64,000 nt of DNA from Hyphochytrium catenoides (lineage: Eukaryota > Protista > Hyphochytriomycota): the NCBI GenBank assembly GCA_900088475.1, contig FLMG01003853.1:1-64000 (forward strand), in the 5' to 3' direction. A program made the position numbers and the translations under genes. Shown here piece after piece: positions 27,001 to 38,300 of the stretch. The notes below the pieces were generated by a model. The model saw nothing but the letters and a program-made list of their open reading frames with translations. It searched no databases and was not told where the DNA came from. Each line of letters opens with the position of its first letter. Positions within the stretch are counted from its first letter, which is position 1.

Positions 27001-30000
27001 CCCCACCTCAACCTGTATTTTGCCACCCGAGCCATCCCCTGATGTCCCTGTAGTCATCCGTATGCCACCACTCGTACCATGCTGGGACTTGCCGGTCGCA
27101 ACATCAATTCGACCACTAGCGCCGTTCATGCCCGGTTCTCCTGTGGTGACGGCTATTGATCCGCTGAGACCCTCAGCGCTGTCACCAGACGCCAAAAGCA
27201 CACTGCCACCGACGCCTGTTGCAGCAGAGCCAGCCTTCAAGGTCAGCTTGCCACCAAGATCACGAAAAGAGTTGCCAGCACTAGAGCCTGCAACAACGAG
27301 GACATCACCACCATCTCCGCCATTCTCATTATCTGTATTAACCCCTTGGCCTGCTGATAAGTAAATAGCTCCCCCTTTCGAGGCTGCACCTTGAGCAGCA
27401 CCAGGTACGAGCAAGATACCTCCAGCATCACCATTGACGCTCTCCCCAGTCGCAAGTACAACTTGTCCACTCGGACCCGCAATAGCATCTCCGGTTTTCA
27501 GCCGCACCTCTCCTGTGTGTGTTGTGGAAGAGGAGCCAGTGGCCATAAAAATGTCACCGCTTTGCCCAAAGCTCCCCGCGTCATCTGTTACCACTCTCAC
27601 GGCTCCTGAGGATTCATCTGTTGAACGCCCAGAGCTGAGTACAATATCTCCACCTCTTGAGGTCCGGGAAAATCCGGCACTCAGTAAGACAGAGCCGGCG
27701 TAAGGGTTACCCTCTCCAGCCCGGAGGTAGATGTTTCCTCCGCTTCCGTTATCTGAAGTAGGAACGGTGGATCCTGCTTGGAGAATTATTGCGCCACCCC
27801 AACCCGTGCCTAGGCTATCTGAAGATCCTCCCGTGATGGAGACCTCTCCCCCTCCATTTTGTTGGGACTTTCCAGCCACCAGAGCAACATCTCCTCCCGT
27901 CTGACTGGCATCGCCTACCAAGAGTTTAATCGATCCTGACGCTGCACTTTCGGTTCTACCTGTACCGACGGTAACAGCACCAGAACTCCCATTTGACGAA
28001 TCACCAGTCTTCAGGTCCAAAGTGCCAGACCCTCCGGCTGTTAATATTCCTGACGTGGCAGTACCTAAAAAGATGGCCCCAGAGGTGGCTCCTCGACTTG
28101 ATCCAGACCTTAATGTGATTTTCCCTCCAACCTCAGTCCCTGCATGACCGCCCTCTAATAGCAACAGACCGACTTCACCAGACTTGAAAGAGCTACCGGT
28201 GGACAGAATAATGCTACCGGAGACTCCCTTCTCAGTAATCCCTGTGGCAAAACGGAGGTCCCCACTCTGGGCAGCCTCTGTGCTGCCTGTTCCCAAGATA
28301 ATCGCCCCAGTCATTCCACCAGAAGCCTCGTAGGTTGTGAGCCTTATATCCCCGCTGGATGTGGGGCCTGCGCCGCTTCGTAGAGTCATGTGTCCTCCCC
28401 TTCCTAGATTGGAAGACCCCCCGATCAGAACAAGCTCGCCTCCAGTTCCGTTTGGATCGTTGGCGTTACCACTAGCGAGGGTAAGAATACCACCTGCTAA
28501 CAACCCCGATCCAGCAATAATGGAAATTTCGCCACCGGAGCCTTCACGCTGACGTGAGGAGCCCGACAGAAATTGGAGACCTCCGGCTTTGTGACTGGCT
28601 TCACCTGCCGAGATCAGTACGCTTCCACTATCACCCTTGAGCGCCGGACCCGTGGAAAGGAGGAGGTCTCCCGAACTTCCCGCTTGTGCCTTGCCACTGG
28701 CAAGATAAATAGGCCCACTATCCGCCCCCTCAGGGCCAGTGCCACCCCCGGCAGAGGTTATTGAAACTGGTCCAGAGGAGCGTCCATTGTCAGCACCCTT
28801 CCCAGAGGATATTGAAAGGATACCTCCATCGCTTACAGCTGAGTTACCAGCCGAAAGGAGCAGTTTGCCCGCCACATCGGCATGGCTGGTTCCCACCGTC
28901 AGCTCAATGTCCCCGGCAGAGCCACCCTCAAGCGCAGAACCCGTTCTAAGGGTTATTGCGCCACTTCCACCAAAATGGGATAGGCCTGTTTGGAGCTCGA
29001 TGCTACCACTTTGACCATCTATTCCTGGTGATGCAGTTCTCAGCCCTAATTTGCCACTTGATTGTGTGCCACTACCGCCACTTTCAAGTTCAAGGCTTCC
29101 CCCGACCCCCTGTGAAGAGGAGCCGCCCATCAGGGTGACAGTTCCTCCCACTCCGTCAACAGCCTTTCCTGCCTTGAGAGTAATGCTGCCTCCGTCTCCC
29201 AAGTTCGACGTGGCAGCGATGCTGCCTGCAGCAGTGCCAGAACCGTCCCCTGCAGCGATGATCACCGATCCACCGCTACCACCCTGGGGATTGGGGTTAC
29301 TGCCAGCCAGCAAGGAAATCTGTCTGCCAGGGCGATGAGGTGCTACGTCGTCCGAGGCGCGAAGGAGCACATCTTTTGCTGATCTTACTGCAAATCCGTC
29401 CCTGTCGCTCTTCATTTCAAAGCTTACGGATCCTGCCATCCCTTTACGTAGAAAAGAAGGACAAGTTAGATACTGTCAGCCGAGGGGCAGATGAGGGCCA
29501 AACCTTCTTGAACAAGTTCACCTCCCTCACCAAAAGCAGGATCGGGTGTGATACGAATCTTCCCTGTGATGTCCCGTACTGAAGAGAAAGTTGAAAGAAA
29601 AAGCAATGTTAGACCTATCCTATCCTTCTAACTCTCCCGAAACTACTGGTAAGGGGTGCATCAATTTGAAATACCTTCTAGGAAGGAGGTAGGACAGGGG
29701 CCGTCAAACACAAGGCCATCGCAGTCGGAAGAGTAAGCAGCGCTGATAGTGAGGCAAGACTTGGAAGTGGCACACCAAGCGCAGTCCTCAGCCGTAGCGC
29801 ACGTATCGCATGAAGAGTACTGGCTACAGTCGGGAATGACTAATGACAGATGCCCTTGAAGTTAGATATCTGCTCCGGCAACCGCTTGCCACTCAGCATC
29901 GGGAGGATACTTACCTGGACACTGGTTTGCCCCATAAAACCACTCTGCACAAGGACTTCCTGTATTTTCTGGTCCTTCCACGGTTCCTTGCATGCAGGTT

Positions 30001-30297
30001 AGAGTTGAGTGACAAAATCCGCAGCCGGGTGTCGCAAGACAAGGTATGCATGCCTTTACGTCTTGCCTGAAAATAATTAGGAATACGGCAAAAAGTGAAG
30101 TCAATCCATGACCAAACCACAATGGGTATTTTTTTTTGATCTGACCAGTAGTCCCCGTTAGACGTAGCACTGTTTAAGAGCTCGCATGTGACAGATTTAT
30201 TGGAGCCAGAGCTGGACTGTGATGCTGCAGGGAAAGTTAGAACGAATGCCTGCAAAGAGAGGAGCGCTGAAGCGCTCAGGCTTAACGAGGGCCACAT
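1..30297 (-). CDS. Giant secreted fibre-like protein (>= ~10,000 aa, 3'-partial): signal peptide, 2x PSI domain, Gly/Ser beta-repeat arm, internal Peptidase S74/ICA domain, second Gly/Ser beta-repeat arm
   Basis: Hand-spliced exons 30297-30146, 30066-29915, 29839-29675, 29578-29504 and 29441-<1, all with GT..AG introns in consistent phase. They give MWPSLSLSASALLSLQAFVLTFPAASQ...DYW|QDVKACIPC...NQCP|VIPDCSQY...SFLE|VRDITGK...VQE|GMAGSVSFEMK, joining the 6669-aa ORF. Below the N gap (9537-9603) the same repeat continues in the neighbouring frame (STGSVTDAGRSGDLALLTG...) and is still open at base 3 (...SGVMQLVTAGVQDREGIS). The ORF track lists no stop-terminated ORF in that frame. Confidence 0.9.
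9537..9603. other. Assembly gap (67 N) inside the giant exon
   Basis: Run of N. The coding frame differs by one base across it, so the true length is probably a multiple of 3. Confidence 0.98.
21760..22068 (-). other. Peptidase S74 / intramolecular chaperone auto-processing (ICA) domain, MYRF-like, embedded in the giant protein
   Basis: PSDERMLTTIESVDKENLLQRLQTLEVHDLAYTEEW...RRGLVGQEVAKTFPEYVK...IKDLHELDSQALVVDILASFQAH follows the S74 pattern SDxRxK..I..v.....L..l..l....y.Y....G.iAQEV...fPeaV plus a terminal helix. The Ser codon is at 22063-22065 and the Lys position is Leu (22048-22050). Confidence 0.85.
29694..30186 (-). other. Two tandem PSI (plexin-semaphorin-integrin)-type Cys-rich domains at the N-terminus of the giant protein
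   Basis: C...CIPCLATPGCGFCHSTLTCMQG...CAEWFYGANQC and CSQYSSCDTCATAEDCAWCATSKSC...CDGLVFDGPC match the PSI pattern CxxxxsCxxCxxxxxCxWCxxxxxC...C...C. Confidence 0.85.
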
Positions 30298-32634
30298 GGC
30301 CTCGCTGTCGATCTGCGATGCACTCAGACTGGCTTGACCATCCACAGTCAGCGCTCCCTTTGCCAATAGCCCCTTGCCTTTTTTAAACCTGCCACATCAA
30401 ACAGAAACCTTGTTGAGGAAAGATGAGTAAATTGTGCAAGTCGACCTTTTCTAAGAGCTCTCTGTCAGCTTTCTTATTGCCGGTAAGCCCTTCAAGATCT
30501 GAAAATTGGAACTGGATGGCCAAAGTCCCAGCGCCAGGTGAGGCGGCCCGCAATCTAATAATGTGTGCCGTCCTTTGCCTATATGCAGTTGCTTATTCCT
30601 CTCAGTAATTTGTCAATCTCTCGACGAGACGACAAAGTAGCTTGGGATGGCAGCAGCGGCGATGACAGCGTTCGCTATGTGGATGGATCAGCGCCAGCGC
30701 GTCGGAGCTACGGTCTTAGCGAGCATACGTGTATCAAGGCTAGAAGAGCCAACGGCTAGGTTCAATTGGAAGCACATTGCTTCACTGTTATAATATAGGA
30801 GTCTTGTTCGGCTTATCTTCAAAAGGTAGAAGCCAGAGCTGCATTCTACATCCTTTCGCGCCACCTGGTTCTGTTCCAAGACGTGATCGAAAGAATATTT
30901 GGTTTTCAGAACTTTATCTAGATCCAACTATGGCCTTAGAACTTCAATTTCCATACATTTTACACTTCATCATCTGATTCTGGCCTTCAAGCTCTGTCCC
31001 AATCGAGGTCATAAAACAGTTCTGCCACAGAATCTTGTCTGGATCATGTTTAGAATTCAACAGCTAGTTTTTCGGTACCTGTTTCATCATATTCCCAATA
31101 GGTGCGCCTCAGAGGAAACTTCAATCACAGCCGTCTATGTGCAGAGTAGAACACACAGGACTCGACTACTACAGTACAAACCCACACTTACGTCCTAACT
31201 GTACTGTAGGAACTACCTGCTCTTCGCATGTACCGACGTAGAAAACACTGGGGGATTCTGTAGAGGATCCTGGAAGGATATGTGCTGTAGCAAGAAAATA
31301 CACCTTTGTGGTTGCGTTGTACAAGTTTACTACTTCTCGAGGACTAAGCCTTACTACTAGCCTACTTGTGGTAGAACTAAAGGCTTTTCATAGTAACTTG
31401 TACTTGGTCCAGAACTAAAAGCACTGTAAACAGTGCTAATCTTGCAAATATTTTTGCAAACTCGGACTTACTTACCAGAACTGTTAGTGCCTAGGACGTG
31501 GTCTACTCTGTACTGTAATGAAGAGCACAAGCATGACCATGAGCACCATTGTTCTGGTTCTTCGTGTTCGAAGTTGCTGGGCAGTCAGTACAGTTGGCAG
31601 ATCTCTGAGGAGGTAGTCGTACAAGTACAGCTACACCGACTCACACTACTAATCTGCAGTTCCTACAAAGATAATAAGTAAAACCATTGTACAGTACCTA
31701 CTTACTATTACGAGCCATCAGTTCTATCATGCTGTGACGTACGCGTGGGGCCACTTGTAGCTCTACTACTCTGTAGCCCAGTGCTTGTACAACTACCTCC
31801 GCCCAGCCCCAAGTATAAGTAGATATCTATCGACGCCAGACTTTTCTCCTAGCAGGTTAGATTGAATCCTTTTGGCGGGAGATTTGCGCGGCAAATGTCA
31901 ATGATGATAACGACGGCAAGCAGTAGTGGAAGAGTCTCTCTTTACCAGGCCACTTCTCTTAGAAGCCCGTTCTTCCAACTCCTTCCTTCTCCTCCTCCTT
32001 TCCCTCCGGCAATGCTTGCAGGTGAAGGTATTCAGTTCAGGAAGAGTTGGGTCACCATCTTCCAGGACGGGGGCGGTGATGGCCAGCGGGAGGACGGGTG
32101 GAGTGCCTCTGAGGCTGTTGAGGGCTGACAGATGGCGCATTTTGATCGTCATTGAATTGTATATTATTTTTATGTCAGGGCGCCGGAAGTATTGTTGCCA
32201 AGGGGCACATCTTCACGCTGCCATAGAAGTGCACAACAGCTTGCACAACGATGAAGTTGTAAAGCGAAGAGGGAACAGGAGATAGACGAAGGATGGTAGA
32301 TCATAGGATTACAGTATGTGCGCAAGCTAACCGCAACAATGATGTGGACATCAATCAGTGGAGGGCCGTAGCTGACCGGCAGCGAGCCAATACGGTCCCT
32401 GACAAAGGAGGGTGCTCATTCGCTTGTAGGGGTGGTAGTAAGTACTAGCGAGTGCGTCGAGTATATACTAATGTGACGGGTAGCATGACTAAAGAGCACC
32501 AAAGGCCACTCTCAGATTACGGAAACAAGTATCCGAGTACAACTATTGATTTTCCTCAGGAGTAATGGCAGGTAAAAGACGAACCTCCACATATCCGAAG
32601 GGAGTCGGGCTCCTCGTCCAGGATCAACAAGCGC

Positions 32635-34334
<1,700 letters not shown>

Positions 34335-35368
34335 TCAAGAGATCGTCTGGTGAAGAATAATGACGATCACGCTTCGCTGAGTACTTGAGCTGATGCAAGG
34401 CGGTGATAATAGTAGCTGGGGTGGTGGTGACAAGTCGTGGGCTTCATTCGTTGATCCTTATCTTCAGAAGACTGGTAGTTCCTCGTAGTGCACGGTAATA
34501 ATGACAGACTTTCTCGAGTCATAGTTCTACTGAGTCCAGACAGGATCTCATGGAACCGCTGGCATGGAAAATGGAAGTGGAGCCTGGTACTGTCCTGTAA
34601 GTACTTGCTCGAGGTCCAAGTACTAGTAAACAGTGTCCCTGTATCCATCAAGATTCAGCATAAATAAGTATTTTACCACGTTTGATTGTACTTGTTCAGC
34701 GTTAGAGGACTTGGTACTTGTTCGCGGCACCAAATCTATTTGTGATTTGTAACTAACTTCTTTCCCTTCCTTTCACCAAGAGCCGCGGCATGATGGCAGT
34801 AAGCGGCGCCGCTGTCTGACAACTGATCGCAGGGTTACCGGCGAGTCAGACAGGTCACCAGGGACTACAGAGAGGAAGAAATGCTGCGCATGCTAGTGAT
34901 AAAGGCTCACTGATTATGTTCTCCGAGTACATCGGACTTATTAGAATGAAGACTGACTATCAAAATATCTCACGGCCAGCAAGGAGAAAGAGGCGGACAA
35001 AGAGAGCACCACCCAAGAAGGGTGATTTTGATCAGACCAACCCTTCCACAGAAAAGCATCAGATCAGAAGTGGGGAGAGTGTTGCTGGACTAGAGCCGAG
35101 AAAGGTTGCAGCACTGAACGCTGTGCGTTCCATTCCCGCAGCCATTGGTAAGTGTTCAAAGCACGGTGCTGCAAGTTCTGGCAGAATATCGACGGCGATG
35201 ATCTAACCGCCATCATCCGGTCATTCTCGATGCTTACCACTATCCATACCGCTGCTCGCTGTGCCATCTTCAGCTCCTCATTGGGATAGCCGCGGTCGAA
35301 GGAATGCCATACCAAGCACGTCCTCCTTGTCCGCGCTATTGGCTGAGGTGCGATCTTCGCGAAGGCGT

Positions 35369-38300
35369 TTACTTTTCCTGCTCCCAAGCACGCACTAACT
35401 CGAGTCGACGCTCGCACTTCCCAGCGGGCAGAGCAGGCCTTAGCAAATATAACAATAGGCAGCCCACCCGATACACCAGAGTGCAACAGTCGGTGACCCT
35501 AAGGTGTTAAAATAAGTAGCAGACCTCTTCGAGGTGCTGCTGGCGCCAGAACACGCGCTGCTTCTATCCATGTGGCGATTGAGACGGTCCGTTCAGCAAG
35601 CTGAATTACTTGTCCCATCGAGCGATGACAGATGACTCTCTGTCATCGTCATATTTTATCACCTGCCATTCAGGGCCCAATCAGTGCTTCTTTCGTATCG
35701 GTACATTTTGAGCAAACAAGGAAACGCCGCTGAAGAAGTTGGCTCTGCCGTCTTAGCGATGAAATAAGGAATGGAAGAACACCTACAACCCCAAGCTCCT
35801 TTACCTGTGACTCCAGCAAATGTCCGTGGGTGCCCTCCTGCTCGTCTTCCTCTTTTTCAAACTGCTTCGTGATAGATAGAATGGTGTTCACTATGCCTTT
35901 TTTTGCTTTCGGCCGCTTGGGCACACGCTTCTGAGCATTTCTTTCAGGTCGTGATAGACGTCGTTTCGTTCTTCCCATAGACTAACGTAACATAGCAGCC
36001 GCGATGTCAGTGGAGTTACCAGCGTAGGAGTCTGACAACGAGGCTATAACAGTTGGAGAAGAACATACAAAGCCGCACAAACAGAACAACAACACCATGC
36101 CCCAAATGGCTTGAACGACTTCCACGGGAATACATGGCCACTTCTTACCAAAGAGAGACTGTCTGCACTATCCTCATCCTCAGAATCAAACAGGAGGCAG
36201 TCCATCTAGGAAGCAGGCATTTTCGTTAGTGAACCATGAAGAGAATAATCTTATGCATAAGGAGTCAGGCGCGAACCCATCCGAACACTTTCGTCACCTT
36301 CTTGACCTCACTTCTTTCCTTGTTGGGATGAGCTCCTGTGGGTCCCTCCTTATTTGGATCTGATGGTGTGAGGACTGAATGCTTGAAGAGCTCAGGATCA
36401 AATCGGAACGGGTCAGATGTTGTCCCGGATTTAAGCTTCACCGTCGTGATTTCATTCTCTTTCTCTGTCAATGGGTCCTTTGCATCCACTTCCCGGGATT
36501 GATTAGACTGACAGTGCGACCCGCTCTTCTTGAGAGGCTCCGCTTTACTGAGTAGTGGAGTGAGGCTACTTTCCTCTTTTCTTAAGTCAGCACATTTCAA
36601 AGCTTCCGGCTCTTCATTATGATGCGTTTTCGCATTCTGAAAGTGCTGTGGTGAAGTGGCAGCCACGACCTTCTGGGCTTCAGTTTGGTTTTCCGTATCT
36701 GTGTGGGCTAATTTTTTGAGTGTGTCATTCATCTTGCCTTTTAGCCCAAAGTCCTGCTGCTCCAGACCGGTCCCATTAGGGTTGCTCTGCTGCGTTCGCG
36801 CGTCATTGTTGTTGATCTTAATGGCCTGAGCCAGGCTTCCTGTCTCCTGCCCGTTAGTGCTCAGATCCTCGCTATTCTGAAAGTCTGGAGAGTACTTTCC
36901 CTCTTGCTGTATAGATCCACTTGTTTGCTCCGCGGGCAAAGCGTTGCACGGAGGGGAAGGTAGGAGGTCTGATAGAGCGAATTGCTGGTCGTATTCCGGC
37001 TTGTACGTCGAGGTCTTCATTATTTCTACCAGCCATTCTGCAGTCACCACTGGGACGTTCCACCGTTGTGCCATTTCGTACTTCCTGCTCCATCCAGGGC
37101 ACCGCGAGAGCAGGTGTGTATTCCTTCCTAGAGCAAATGTCTCGTCCACGACGATGCCCAGACATGAAGCAATGGTGGAGATGGCGCATTTGTCCTCCTT
37201 TTTGTGGAAGCGGGTAAGACAGATACGTAGAGAGAGTCCATCAACAGTCCTCAAAGGACCAGGAAGGGAACGGAAGAGTTGGTGGGCTTTGGCTCTCAGG
37301 GTGCTCCTCGCCTACGTAAGAAGGTCAGACAGCAAGCATCAAAGGTAGGAGGGAAGAACTTGAGATGATGCGCTCGACTGAGGGTTGAAGATGAGCACCA
37401 AACTAAACATCGTCTGTCATGCCAAAGCAATCTAGAAGTGCAATGCCTTGCCATTGGGTTACAGACGCACCAGCAGACAAGCCTTCAACCATACTTCACT
37501 GACAACATCCGCTCGCGGAAACTTCTTTGCAAATTGGTCTTGTATTGTTCTGGTAAAAGTTGAGGTGGAGAGAACCAATACATGGGTTACTTGAGGAAAC
37601 GTTTGTCCTTCTTCCTCTTGATCCGTCTTCTTGAGCCAGCAGCGCCCGCCGTTCGCCAGGATTGCCGACCGAATATGAGTCATCTGCTCAATCAAAAGGA
37701 GTGAGGGGTGGTGAGCTCGTAGGATTTAGCGATTCGTCGCCTGACAAATGCCAACGAACACCATACGGAAGGTAGGGCCAACCATTTACTTTTTTCGATG
37801 TCCTGGTTAACTTGGAGAGCCTGATCATAATCGTTCTTACATGCCGTTGGTGCCCTTGCAAATGGGTCACAAAAATAAGAAGACCTTCAAAGACCCCTGA
37901 TCCTCGGCTTCCCTTGCAGTCCTTTGGATCCTGCTCGGTATCGTCCAATTCGGCCTTCCTTACACGCAGGGGTAAGGCCCCTGATGCATCAGTGCCTCTT
38001 TCCACTTTCGGCAGGTGTGTTACAAGGCTTGTATTCATCACTGAACGACGGCAGATATAACATCAGAAGTGAGGAGCAGTCGTTTAGGAGCCTGAAAACA
38101 GCCAGCATGATAATATAAAAAGTAGCTTATGGCTTAGAAGCGATTGCGTCATATTCACAGCAGGATGATCAGGTCGATCTGACAAGCTTTGATATAAAAA
38201 CTGTGGTTAAAGAGGTCCTTGACGACCTTACCCCTGTTGAACCTAGGCGGATAATCTGCTGCATCCTGGACCGCCTGTTTGAGGCAACACTGTACCAGCC

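Larger units (their letters stand above)
3..29340 (-). repeat. Protein-level degenerate tandem repeat: ~15-aa unit [SG]G-x-hydrophobic-x-hydrophobic-x-[STA]G-x(5-7), roughly 600-700 units
   Basis: Visible throughout the translation, e.g. SGSVTLASGSAALGD / SGNLRIETGESSGGA / GGGISVLVGGGSLGD. No exact nucleotide tandem copies were evident. The unit count is an estimate from length divided by 15. Confidence 0.9.

Noticed and set aside
280-29338. Dozens of Pro/Glu/Ala-rich plus-strand ORFs (e.g. 5221-6027, 12359-13192, 24311-25267)
   Set aside because: They are antisense shadows of the Gly/Ser-rich giant ORF (GGN codons read as Pro). The long ones share one register on each side of the gap and have no independent motifs.
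1-29439. Mycobacterial PE-PGRS, collagen, silk, ice-nucleation or bacterial autotransporter identity; also a prophage or contaminant contig
   Set aside because: There is no PE domain, Gly-X-Y periodicity, AGYGST octamer or beta-barrel. The gene has spliceosomal introns and sits beside intron-rich housekeeping genes with no viral genes nearby.
30688-31130. Protein-like minus-strand fragments with stops (possible pseudogene or TE relic)
   Set aside because: No recognisable domain, terminal repeats or target-site duplication, so it cannot be supported without a search.
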